This document shows, one piece after another, positions 1 to 11,522 of a stretch of 64,000 bases of DNA (position 1 is the stretch's first letter; every line of letters starts with the position of its first letter). The stretch is from assembly GCA_965645245.1 (NCBI GenBank), contig OZ287081.1:496001-560000 (forward strand), given 5' to 3'. The notes beneath the pieces were generated by a model. It searched no databases. It saw only the letters and a program-made list of their open reading frames with translations, and had not been told where the DNA came from. Origin of the DNA: Massalongia carnosa (taxonomy: Eukaryota). The position numbers and the translations under genes were made by a program.

Positions 1-1099
1 AAAAGTGGCAACGGAAGGGCTGTGCTATGATGCTTTCAGGTGAACGAGCAGGCACTTTGGTCGCACTAGAAGCATGATGACTTTATTGGATACAGACATA
101 GTGGATAACAGATGATAAGGATGGCGACATAACCACTTTTACACATTGAGAAGAGTATGTTGCGTCAGATATTACTAGGTGGGTGCTCTCTTAAAAAGAA
201 GGAGAAGAAGATGGTTCCAAGCTTTTTAAGTACCCGTGGAAGCTAAATAGTTGACGCCGTGAATTCTCACAAGCCGAGAAGCTTCATCAAAGGTGAATGC
301 GAATTTCCAGGCGGGCGGACACTGAGAGGAGGTGAATAAACCATTTCACAGTTGCGGACATCTCAATCACGCAATAGATGAGCAGTGAGAATATTTGAAT
401 GATTGCAGAGGAAGGAGTGAAATCTGAGAGTCCATGTTGCGAGCATTGACTGTTATTACGGTGTCCATGTCCCGTGGTATTCTTGTGGGCTGTGCTTAAC
501 GCTTGGCTCGTTGCATAAAGTATGTAATCTTGCTGCTTGCTTTCGTTGAGACAAAAGAACGCAGAGAGACTGGCTGACTCTCGTGTTTCTGGGCACGTCT
601 ATCAGTCTTAGTGGATTTTGTCTCATTTCAAACCTGCAAAAATATCTGCTGTGGGAAAATAGGGGTTCTGCATCGCTCACTGAATTCACGTCAGTTTCCG
701 GCTCTTTACTCTGTTTGCTCTTACATTCCAGTTACATTCTCCTCTAGACAGATACTATCAAGGTATTTGCTATAAAAGACTACTTAAATTAATGAGTTGG
801 CTACCTTTTTTCTGTCAGATTTTGATACTCAAAAATCCTGGCACCGAGGACAAACTGAGTTTTTATGCAGAAAAGGGTAAAAGCAATAGATCAAATCCAA
901 CTTTAGCTAGATTCTTTGCGTTTCCCTTGCAATTCTCGGGCTGAACAAGGGCGGCGAATGCGATTGCCCAAAAGGGGTTGGGAAAAAGACAGTATCGTTC
1001 ACTTCCGCGCTCTACAGCAGCGTAGCTTTCAGATCATGAGGCGCTCGCAAGGTTACTAAGATATCAAGAAGTCAATGAAACAACAATGCCTATATACTG

Positions 1100-2559
1100 A
1101 TGCCACGTCTTACTGACTATTGGAACACGTCTCCTAAAATTTGCCATACATGACATGGTGATTCAAGCCATGAGTCTTCGAAGATGGGAGCAACTCAAGC
1201 GATTTTTGAAGATATCCAACCCCGACGAAGATGAGATCATTGATACTCGAGGCCCTGATTGGTGGAAAAAGTTGGAACCATTGGCCACAGACTTTCGAAA
1301 AGCATCAAAGAAATACTGGATTCCTGGAAGTCATGTGTCAGTTGACGAGCAATTGATTTTATTCAGGGGTAGGAGCTGCCATACTATGCAAATAGCCACC
1401 AAGGCGGCTGGTGTAGGCTTCAAAATCTATAGTTTATGTCAGGAAAATTATCTTTTTGACTTCTTATTTACCTCCAAGGTGAGTAGAAAAGGCCTCAATT
1501 TGCATCGTACTAATTGTAAGACAGGTGTCCAAAATTAGTGAGTTAAAAACGCCTGGACAATTGAAATTTCCGACAACCAAATGGGATTTGTCTCCTTCCT
1601 CCCTAGTCGTCATTCAACTGGCTCGAAGTTTACCGTCTGATGAAGGCTTAAAATACGTCACCTTTCTGGACAACTTCTTCACAAATACGAAGCTATTCAA
1701 AGCTCTGAAAACCATTGGAATTGTTGCCTGTGGGACGGCTAAATCAGGATGCGGTTTTCCTGTTGATCTTCTACGTCTGAGGGTTGCAGCCACCAAGAAT
1801 AAGGACTGGGGAAAGAAGGCATTGATGACGGTACCTGCAAATAAAAGTAAAAAATCAAACACTGATGACGGGGACATTCTGTGTATGGCATGGGTGGATT
1901 TAAACACCGTGCAATTCATGACCACGGTTCGTACAATTGAGGATTTGAAGACTTCTTTCTACAAGAATTCCCGTCGACGTCATGGAATTCCTGCAAATTC
2001 CAGAGTCATCGTTGATGATGAAGAAGAAAAGCTTCCATTTCCCATGCCCATCGTGGAATATAACCAGCACATGGGCGGGTCAGATGGGAATGCTCAGCAA
2101 AGAGCATATTATTCACCTCAAAGATCTGATCGTCGCTACTGGTGGTCAATTTTCATCTTTCTTCTGGATGCAGCCGTTCTAAATGCCTTCAAATTGTGGA
2201 GAATTCTGTATCCGAATTCAACACTCAGCCATTTGGACTTTCAAAAAGAAATAGTAAATGCCCTACTATCCAATCAAGCCGGTGCCCTACGGAAACGTCC
2301 GACAGATGTCATAGTTACTACTAATCAAGACGTTAATAAAGACGTCGAGTCAACTTGCAAATGGGAGCATTTGAATAAGAAGGACTATTGTTTGACCTGC
2401 AAAAGGCAAGTGCCAAGACTCAAACGACGCCGACCACTTGCGGAAATTGATGAAAATTGCACCAAAAGACGACGTGCAAGTCAGACCAGATGGCAATGTA
2501 AGAGCTGTGGACCATGTTGCAAAAAGGAGGCATGTTGGGAAATTTTACATAGATCATGA
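1100..2559 (+). mobile_element. piggyBac-family transposase, 5'-truncated and probably defective, with one spliceosomal intron
   Basis: Motifs PRLTDYW, MSLRRWEQLKRFL, SVDEQL, FLDNFFT, YNQHMGGSD, RYWWSIFIFLLDAAVLNAF and a C-terminal Cys-rich domain. ORFs 1155-1538 and 1525-2559 join in frame through a 46-nt intron at 1479-1524 (GTGAGT...CTAAT...ACAG). One extra base near 1137 separates MPRLTDYWNTSPK from the main frame. No TIR/TTAA ends were recognised. Confidence 0.88.
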
Positions 2560-4595
2560 GGGTGATTGAGGTGTTGTACCCATTATCGTTGAAAAGGGAA
2601 AATCTGATTGGCCAGATTAAAGTTATTAGTCATTACCCGGAGACGGCGCGTGTAAAATTGAATATTACCTAAATGGCTGCCAAATTGCCAGACGAAGGGA
2701 TAGTGCGGAATCTATCCTAAATACGCTAGACCAATCCAAGGTTATTTTATCTTTGATGAACGGCCAGTTTAAAAAGACAGAGTCTGTCACAGTCGCTAAA
2801 CCACTTCAAGCTTATGGACATTACCATTAAACAGCTTGGACAGAAATGATACATCTGCCATCTTGTCCATGGAGAATCTGTAGGTGTGCTATCCCAATCT
2901 GAGGTTGCTGCTTTCCGTTATTGAACAATCATGCTCCTGGATACAATTTGTACTTAAAACTTAACTAATTAATCTTCTAATTTTCTTTTCTTCAATTCAT
3001 TGATGCCTAGCTGCATTATTTTAAAAGATTACGAGTTAACAAAGTGATTTCTATTTCATATTCAGTCTCGTCTTCCACCAATGTGGTTCTTTCCTATTGC
3101 TTTACATAACCCCTTCGCCTCTGTCCATGCAATCGTGGTCGAATATTTGACCCTTGAAGAGATATTGGGTGCTCTAAAACCCGTTGCGCCACACAAACAG
3201 AGATAACTACTTCACATAAATAATTTATCTTGTTAAATTATCCTCCAACCCCGAGATATCAACTGCACATCATATATGGTGCTGGGCGTATAGAGGAAAG
3301 ACTTAGTCTCATCGTTTCAATTAGGATCATAAACTTGTCGCGAAAATGACTACACTCGAACAAACAAACGCGCTCTCGAGAGCGCACAGCGAAAGGAGGG
3401 AATGTTTACACGTAAAGATCAAGGAGTATCTTGATCGAGTGGGCACCGTTGGTGACCCGGAGGCGTTGCAGTTGCTGAGAAACTCAGCGGAAATTTTGCA
3501 AGCGCAAAATCTAGTCGATGACAAAGTTGCAGAAACTCCCAACAACATAGGTGACACATTACAGGCAATCCAACAATCATTGACACGCATAGATCGCAAT
3601 GAGACCACTCCTCGCAGCTATGCCGCTGCTGCCACAAGGCAAGGCCGAGATGAGCCCGCACCCCCAAAGAACCAAAACGTCAAGCCTCAACAGGCCCGCA
3701 AAGACAAAGCACCCACACCAAGAGAAGCGCGACGTGCCCGGGAAATCACCGTTCACATCACGGAGGATGCGGACAAGGAAAAAATGAAGCTAATGCCAAC
3801 CAAGGAGTTAGTAGAAACACTACAAAATGGAGCTGAAGGAATAAGGGGAGTGTCGCGTTTGTTAAACGGCGACATCAGGATTCACGCAGAGTCATTGGAA
3901 GCAAAGAAGACCCTGCAGGAGAAGACCGACTGGACCCGCATGGTGGCCGCCTCAGCTGCGGTGCACACCCGCACCTTCACCGTAAGAGCGAATGGAATCA
4001 GGGTGGAAAACATCAAAGTGGCCAATCAATCAACAGCCATCACCTACCTTCAGGCCGCTAACGCACGCCTGCACCCTAACCTGAAGATCGTCAAAGTAGC
4101 CTGGTCAATCAAGGCCATTAGAGAGAAAAAAGCGTACTCGACGCTTCATATAGAGGTCGCCACCGCCGAGATGGCTAACCGGCTCATCACCGAGGGCCTA
4201 ATGGAAAGCTACGAAATAAAGGACTGCGAGCGCTTCACACGTGGTTGCACCATGACTCAATGCTTCAACTGCCAAAAATACGGACACATCGGTAGAGCAT
4301 GCCGCAATCCCGCCGCCTGTGGTCACTGCGCCGGTGGACATCAAAGCAAAGAATGCAATCTGGAGACAACGGGGCAATACCGCCGTTGCGCCGTATGCGG
4401 AGAGAAGGGACACGAAGCATGGTCCACAGCATGCAAAGTCAGATTAGCTGAAAAGCGAAAAACTGAAATAGCAATGCAAAACCGCGCCCCCCTCTATGCA
4501 ATCGAATCACAGCCGCCCTCATTTCAATTTCAACTTCAACGAGAGTCGACACCCACAGTCACACAAACGGACGAAATTCCGTCAACATGGAAGAT

Positions 4596-7500
4596 TGATT
4601 GATTGATTGATTTTTTTTTTTTTCTTACGCCGATATGACACCAGCTGAAGCTGGCCCATGCGGGAGATACTACATAGGCTATATAAAGGCAGAAAACCCG
4701 AACGGGTAAAAAACTGCTCCTGCGTACCAGGTTTGTAGAGGACTCGCTCTTTCCCCGGGTTGATCTCTACGGTTTGGGAAACCCGCTATACCCGTTATGC
4801 GCCTGAGTAAGTGCAAGAATAAAAGAGAAGAAAAGAAAATAAGTAGAAGAAAAAACCAATTCTCCTCTCATTATTGCTCCGTCATTTGCGCGGCAATGGT
4901 GTACTGTGTTAGTATGCCCGTACGCATAAGCCATGCAGTGATTATTTTGATCGCTTTGGGGTCTGTTATCAGTTTTTGATAATCCAGCGAGCCAGCTGCA
5001 CGCAACATATCGATTCTATTATGCAATCCGCAGAACATTATCACATGTTTCGCCGTTTGAAAGCGGCTTCCGCACAGGCAGGCCGCGGACTCAATGTCTG
5101 GCACCTTGCGTTTGAATAGAAAACTCGCTAACCCGATTTTCTCTGTTCTAATTTGAATTGCGAGGGAGCTTTGCGCCTTATTCAGCAGCTTGTGCGTGTT
5201 CAACCTGTTTTTGTGCAATGGACCCGACTGTGCTATTGTTGGATCAAGCGTATGTATTGATTGATACGCTATCCATTTGTCCTTCCATTTTTCTTTAAAT
5301 CGTTTCGCTATGATTCCGTCTCTTTCTCTTTGAAGTGCGGCATATTCTGCTCGTTTTTCCTCTTGTGCATTCTCCGCTTTTTCCCATGGTGGTGTGCGTT
5401 TGGGCTTTCTCTTTGTTGATACTTCAGCTGTCAGCTTGGCCACCCATCTCTGTCTACGAGCTCCCGGTGTTTCTCCAATAATCCGTTGTCGCCCTCTTTT
5501 CCCTTTCAATCTCGTTCTGATTTTCTCGCATGCCTGTTCTATGACTTTTGCCTGACCGTTGTGTTGTAGCCTCGATCTACCTTTGGCCTGCAGATGATCC
5601 AAATGTTGCGTCAATGGACAGATGAATGTTTCCGCCTGTAACACCTCGATGGGTGTGGCCCTGTACGCTCCGGCTACTACTCGTAAACATTTGTTTTGTA
5701 CGATCTCGAGTTTGCTTTTCCTCGTGACTTTGACGTGCTTTTGTGTTTCCTCCGGCGTGTGCCATACCAGAGAACCATGGGTCATTGCCGGGCGTACCAC
5801 CGCCGTGTACACGTGACGGGCTTGTAGGAGGGTCGCACCCCAAGTGGCTGCGGCGATTCTAGTCAGCGCTCTCGTTTGTCTCGTCATTTTCTTCTGTATC
5901 TCTTTGTAGTGCGCCGACCAATTGAGCCTCGTGTCTATGTACACCCCCAGCACTCGTACAGATTTCGTGACGTTGAGTAGTTTGCCGTTTACTGTGAAGG
6001 AAGCTTCGAGATTGAATTTCTTGGGATTTTTTGCTAGATGTATGAGCTCGTATTTATGCGGCGCGAACACGGAGCCGTGGCGTTTCGCCCATCGTTCGCA
6101 ATTCTCGTGTATTTCTTTCAATGTTTTGCAATTTTCTTCCGTGGATTTGCCATATGTCAGGATGTTCACGTCGTCTACGAATCCTATGCCTGCCGCGTTT
6201 GTGCTGGGTCTATTGCAAATGTCTAAGAGGTCCGCATTGTAAAAGAGATATAGAATGGGAGATAGAGGAGATCCCTGAGGGATTCCTATGCTCAGCGGAA
6301 ATGCGTTAGTGGTGCGTTGATTAATCGTGAGCGTGGTTTCTCTTTCTTTCAAGAAACTATCCGTCCATTTGGCTATCCACTCTGGGATCTTTCGTTTTCT
6401 CATGTTGTGAATGAGCCTACGATGAGAGACGGTGTCAAAGGCTCCCGATACGTCTATGCTCAATAGAGATGCCACTTTATCGTTACCCTGATTCCATACG
6501 GTGTGCACTTGTTCAGTGAGCAGCTCCAGTGCTGTTTCCGTTCCGCGGCCCGGCCTTGCACCCATTTGAGTATCCGGGATCAGTTTAAATTCTTCCGTCA
6601 GATGGCTAATTTTCCTTGCTATAATGGATTCCAATGCTTTGCCCAACGTGTTCAACAACGCTATGGGTCTCCATGCCTTGGGATCCGTATAGTTTCCTTT
6701 TCCTGGCTTCTTTAGCGTGATAGTGTTGGCGATTTTAAAGACTTTCGGATGATATCCTTCATTCACACATGCTTGAAAAAGTGGTGTCAGCAATTTGATT
6801 AGGTTTTCTGAACAGGCTTTGAGAATTCTATTTGTGATTCCATCCGGTCCTGGGGCTTTGTCTGGCTTTGGCTTTCGCAGCGCCGCCGCCACTTCTTCTT
6901 CCGTTATCAGTGCTGGACATTCTGGTGTTGGAGGGTACGAATATCCTACGAGATCCCCGAGATCCGCGTTAGGAGGAGGGGGAAAGAAGGACTTCTTCAG
7001 CATATTTACTCTCTTCTCGAACGTGTCTGCTATCGTATTGGGATTTTGTGCTGTTGCTAACGGGGGCATTTTTGGAATTTCTCTTGGTGCGTCGCTTCTG
7101 TCTTTGCCCCATTTTGCGAGTCGGAAGAGTCCTGTTCTTGATGCTGCAACTTCGGCCATTTGTTCTCTGAAATGAAGATTTCTTGCCTTACCGATGATTT
7201 TCTGTTTTTTGTCGTTCATTCTGATGTAGTTTTTCCAGTCTGACAGATTTCTTTCCGCCGTCCAGATCCTACGAAGCCTGCGGGTCTCCTTCGTTGCCTC
7301 CTCGCACTCTCTATTCCAGAAGGACTTCGCCTGGGGACTAGGTTTAGCCCATGGTACCGCCTCCTGAACGATTCTTTTGAGGTAGTCTTGAATATCTGCA
7401 GTGTATGCATCAATTTCGTTGGCGCCTCGTACGACGCGTGGTGTGGGGGCATTTCTCTCAACTTCTCTCAGTTTATTCATGTCCAGGAGTTTCCAGGCTC

Positions 7501-7704
7501 TTCGGCGGGGAGGCGTAAGGGGTTCACAGGTGAGGCGGAGCCTCGTCGATATTGGTACGTGATCTGAGTCTTGATTCAGCTCCGGGACTGTGATACAGTG
7601 TTCCAATCTTTCTACGAGATCTTCCGTCATGAACACCAGATCGATGGTGCTGAATGAGTTTCTTGCCTCCCATGTCACTGTTCCTCTTGGCAGGGTGAGC
7701 GAAA
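4596..7704 (-). mobile_element. 5'-truncated Tad1-like LINE inserted antisense into ORF1 of the host LINE
   Basis: 12-bp TSD AACATGGAAGAT at 4584-4595 and 7705-7716; sense-strand tail of poly(A) plus (TCAA)n; 5' end starts inside the endonuclease domain (SLTLPRGTVTWEARN). Confidence 0.95.
4871..7704 (-). CDS. Nested LINE ORF2 remnant (partial APE endonuclease, reverse transcriptase, C-terminal Cys/His knuckle)
   Basis: KAPGPDGI, WRPIALLNTLGK, DVSGAFDTV, GIPQGSPLSP, GFVDD and CLCG...HVIMFC, with no internal stops. The first ~13 residues of the listed 957-aa ORF are read-through from antisense host gag sequence. Confidence 0.9.
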
Positions 7705-7976
7705 AACATGGAAGATAGTAAACGGCAAGAAAAGAAAAATACACAACGCTACGCCCTCATCCGGCACACCCCCGGGCCCTCATCGGGGAGACGACGCACC
7801 TACCTGGGCTAATATAGGCATCATGAATCCTGAAAATATGGTAAAGGCCTTAGCAAAACCAGTGCTGGGTAGGCCTCGTGCAGATTCCGTAGCATTAACG
7901 GCAGGAACTTAGGTCACATCGAACACAGCGGCCGAAACGATGGAAATCCTATGAGGGACACAAATCCCTCTCTATA

Positions 7977-10900
7977 TTGCAGTATAATGTCAGAAATGAC
8001 AGAGTGAGTACTATGATACCCCTATTAGCAGACACAAACACCCAGGACTATGATATTATTGCAATACAGGAACCGTGGCGCAATCCATCCGCCCCCACAT
8101 CGCTTAGTTCTCATCAAAGCGGCTTTCACCTCCTATACCGCCCAGGAGGTGACACCAGAGTGTGCTTTTATGTCAACGACCTAATAGACACTGACAGCTG
8201 GGAGGTGGAATTCACCTCGGCCGACATGTGCACTTTGAAAATAAAGACCTACACCGAAGGCGTTATGGAAACAATTCACGTCCATAATGTGTATAACCCC
8301 TCTCCCGCTTCCTATTCATCCACTGACAGTCCCACGACCTTACCGGCGGCTCGGAGCATGCTTACCGCCGATGCGCATCACATACTACTTGGAGATTTCA
8401 ACCTGCATCATCCCTTTTGGAATGGTCCCTCAAGACCCACACAACACGCTGCTGCTAATCAATTACTAGAAATAATCGATGATCATAATCTTTCGTTGAC
8501 ACTGCCGAAAGGCACCGTAACATGGGAAGCAAGAAACACGTCTAGCACGATAGATTTGGTTTTCATGTCAGAATACCTAGTCGAAAGACTCGAACACTGC
8601 ATGTCCAGACCAGATTTGAATCAATCGTCCGATCACGTGCCGATATCAACCCGCATCCTACTCGGAAGCGAGCCGCAACCGAAAATCAAACGCAGAGCAT
8701 GGAAACTTCTAAACCTGGAAAAATTAAGGGAGGCCGAACGACACGCCCCTATACCGGAGTCTCCCCGTACCACTGCCGAGATTGATGCGTACACGGAATC
8801 GATTCAAAAATTTCTACAAAATGTCATCAACGAAGCAGTTCCATGGGCAAAATCTAGCGAATATGCTAAGCCATTCTGGACAGAAGAATGCAGCATTGCC
8901 ACCAAAGCCACACGGAAACTACGCCGCATATGGTCCAGCACGTTAGACCTAACGGACTGGTCTAACTATATGAAATCCAATGATAAAAAACAGAAAATCA
9001 TTCAAAAGGCAAAGAGAACAAACTTTCGTCAAGAAATCAATAAGGCCACCGAAACGCCTCAGGGACTATGGCGGCTAGCGAAATGGGCCAAAGACAAAAG
9101 TCATCAATCTAGAGAAGTATCCAAAATGCCGATGCTAAAATTCAATGACCAAGTAGCAGACACGTTTGACCAAAAAGCCGAAATGCTGAAAGGTGTCTTC
9201 TTTCCCGCACCACCACCGGCCGACCTAAGCGACATAGAAGGATCCTTCTATCCTACATCGCCGCACTGCCCAATAATCATCACCAAGTCAGAAGTATCGA
9301 CGGCCCTGAGTCGGCTCAAGTCCGATAAGGCACCGGGCCCAGACGGCATATCTAACAGAATACTCAAAGCATGCAGCGAAATACTTGTCGAACTACTAAC
9401 ACCTCTGTTTCAGGCGTGCGTCACACACTCGTACCACCCGCGGGCCTTCAAAATGGCAAACACAATAGCGCTGAAAAAAATAGGCAAAGGAGACTATACC
9501 ACGCCGAAAGCCTACCGACCAATTGCACTGCTCAACACGCTCAGTAAAGTTATGGAATCCATCATTGGATCGAAAATAACCTATCTGGCGGAAAAACACC
9601 GGCTCCTACCCGATACACAGATGGGAGCAAGGAAGGGCAGATCCACAGAGTCAGCACTGGAACTGCTAACTGAACAGGTTCACACGATTTGGGGACAGGG
9701 AAAAGACAAAGTAGCCACACTGCTAAGCATGGACGTCGCCGGCGCGTTCGATACGGTATCACATCAACGACTAACGCACAACCTACGGAAAAGAAAAATT
9801 CCAAAATGGATCACCTACTGGTTAAACAGCTTTCTGAGCGATCGAAGCACCACTTTAGCAATAAATCGAAAAGTCACTGGGCGGTTTGCGGTAAGAACGG
9901 GTATCCCGCAGGGCTCTCCCCTGTCATCCATTCTTTACCTATTTTACAATGCAGATCTATTGGAAATATGTGATCGACCAGGCAAAAACACAAGTGCCAT
10001 AGGATTCGTAGACGACGCAAACATTTTGGCATATGGAAAAAGCACCGAGGAAAACTGCAAAACTCTAGAGGCAATACACAGACAATGTGAGACGTGGGCT
10101 TCCCGGCACGGGTCCGTATTCGCTCCGACGAAGTACGAACTCATACACTTGTCCAGAAATCCCAAAAGATTCAACATGACTGCATCCATCAATATTGCTA
10201 GCACCGAAATTGAACCTAAAACGGACATCAGAGTATTGGGCCTACAAATCGACACCAAATTGAAATGGGGACCGCACGTTCGCAAAACGCAAGAGAAAAT
10301 GGTCAAACAATCCATGGCATTGACAAAAATTTCCACATCAACCTGGGGTGCCACCTTCGCCAAGGCAAGGCAGGTTTACAGTGCCGTGGTGCGTCCGGCC
10401 ATGACATATGGGTCAACCGTATGGCACATGCCCAAAGAAGTCAAAAAGTCAAAAACGTCAACGAGCAAGCTCTCCGTCATGCAAAACAATTGCCTTCGCA
10501 CCATAGCCGGTGCCTTTAAAGCCACTCCCATCTCAGTACTAGAAGCAGAGACATTCATAGCGCCCATAGACACGCATCTCGACATGCTACAAGCACAGGC
10601 AAGGCACCGGCTCCGAGCCGGAGGCCAATTGAAGATCATCTCCTCCGCATGCAACAAAATAGCTGACAAACTTCGAGGCAAGGCAGGTCGCAAACGACTT
10701 CAAAAGCCCACCCCGGGAGAGCTGAAACACATCTGGGCCAAAAGCCTACTGATCGACTCAAAAATAGTTCAACCACCAAAGGCACACCCACCATGGTTCG
10801 AAGTCTACCCGGCGTGGCACCGCGAAGCTACCGTTGCGGCAACGGCCCGACACAAGCAGATGCAAACAATCAAAGCACGACAAATGAAGGTCTGGAACGA

Positions 10901-11303
10901 CTCGTGGTGCGCATATCAAAATCGCGTCATCGAACCCTCCATAGCACAATCAGTCCCACTGAGCAAAAAACGGCTGAAAATACACACGCAGCTAAAAAAG
11001 GCGGAAAGCGCTCTAACAACTCAAATCCGCACTGGCAAGATCGGGTTAGCTGACTTCCTCTACAAGCGACGGGTGCCCTCCGTCACCTCACCGGCCTGCT
11101 CATGTGGCTGGCACAGACAAACTCTAGAACATGTAATCATGTTCTGCAGACTTATTGACAATAGAGAACAGATGTTTCGCGCCGCCGGCACGAGCGACTA
11201 TCAGCAGCTGACCAAATCATCAAAAACTCTGAAGATACTAACTGCTTGGCTAATGAAAACAGGCTTATTGAATCAATTCTCACTAGCATCAACATTATTG
11301 TAA
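7977..11303 (+). CDS. LINE ORF2: APE endonuclease, reverse transcriptase and C-terminal zinc knuckle
   Basis: LQYNV, IIAIQEPW, LGDFNLHH and SDH (endonuclease); KAPGPDG, QMGARKGRST, GIPQGSPLS and FVDD (RT); CSCG...HVIMFC. The 1108-codon frame is open, but no in-frame ATG precedes QYNV. Confidence 0.93.
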   Translation: MQYNVRNDRVSTMIPLLADTNTQDYDIIAIQEPWRNPSAPTSLSSHQSGFHLLYRPGGDTRVCFYVNDLIDTDSWEVEFTSADMCTLKIKTYTEGVMETIHVHNVYNPSPASYSSTDSPTTLPAARSMLTADAHHILLGDFNLHHPFWNGPSRPTQHAAANQLLEIIDDHNLSLTLPKGTVTWEARNTSSTIDLVFMSEYLVERLEHCMSRPDLNQSSDHVPISTRILLGSEPQPKIKRRAWKLLNLEKLREAERHAPIPESPRTTAEIDAYTESIQKFLQNVINEAVPWAKSSEYAKPFWTEECSIATKATRKLRRIWSSTLDLTDWSNYMKSNDKKQKIIQKAKRTNFRQEINKATETPQGLWRLAKWAKDKSHQSREVSKMPMLKFNDQVADTFDQKAEMLKGVFFPAPPPADLSDIEGSFYPTSPHCPIIITKSEVSTALSRLKSDKAPGPDGISNRILKACSEILVELLTPLFQACVTHSYHPRAFKMANTIALKKIGKGDYTTPKAYRPIALLNTLSKVMESIIGSKITYLAEKHRLLPDTQMGARKGRSTESALELLTEQVHTIWGQGKDKVATLLSMDVAGAFDTVSHQRLTHNLRKRKIPKWITYWLNSFLSDRSTTLAINRKVTGRFAVRTGIPQGSPLSSILYLFYNADLLEICDRPGKNTSAIGFVDDANILAYGKSTEENCKTLEAIHRQCETWASRHGSVFAPTKYELIHLSRNPKRFNMTASINIASTEIEPKTDIRVLGLQIDTKLKWGPHVRKTQEKMVKQSMALTKISTSTWGATFAKARQVYSAVVRPAMTYGSTVWHMPKEVKKSKTSTSKLSVMQNNCLRTIAGAFKATPISVLEAETFIAPIDTHLDMLQAQARHRLRAGGQLKIISSACNKIADKLRGKAGRKRLQKPTPGELKHIWAKSLLIDSKIVQPPKAHPPWFEVYPAWHREATVAATARHKQMQTIKARQMKVWNDSWCAYQNRVIEPSIAQSVPLSKKRLKIHTQLKKAESALTTQIRTGKIGLADFLYKRRVPSVTSPACSCGWHRQTLEHVIMFCRLIDNREQMFRAAGTSDYQQLTKSSKTLKILTAWLMKTGLLNQFSLASTLL

Positions 11304-11486
11304 AATCAACAATAGTTGAACCTTTCTTTCTTTCTTCTCTTTTCACAAGGCATTACAGTTCCCACACGTCTTTTGCACTGCGTCTCCCGCCCGACGTCGA
11401 CACGTAGTCACATCGGACGGGTATCAAGGGACATGGTTTTTACACCTGTGAAAGGTTTTCCATGTAACATAACTTAGATAGCTTTG

Positions 11487-11522
11487 CCCGCATGGGCCGG
11501 CCTACGGCCGGTGTCATATCGG
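11487..11522 (+). other. Conserved LINE 3'-UTR stem-loop motif (homologous copies at 4630-4664 and 45983-46018 on the minus strand)
   Basis: CCCGCATGGGCCGGCCTACGGCCGGTGTCATATCGG lies just upstream of the tail and is near-identical in all three LINEs, with compensatory changes in the stem. Confidence 0.75.

Larger units (their letters stand above)
3346..7912 (+). pseudogene. LINE ORF1 (gag-like, CCHC zinc knuckles), interrupted by the nested LINE
   Basis: CFNCQKYGHIGRAC, CGHCAGGHQSKEC and CAVCGEKGHEAWSTAC knuckles. Removing 4596-7716 restores the frame PSTWK-IVNGKKRKIHN...ALTAGT up to TAG at 7910-7912. Confidence 0.92.

Noticed and set aside
1..1090. Short ORF at 456-689 and a possible left end of the piggyBac
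   Set aside because: No recognisable motifs in hand translation, and no TTAA-anchored inverted repeat matching the region after 2559.
4871..7744. The 957-aa ORF as a complete standalone RT gene
   Set aside because: Its N-terminus is antisense host gag sequence beyond the TSD; the element is 5'-truncated.
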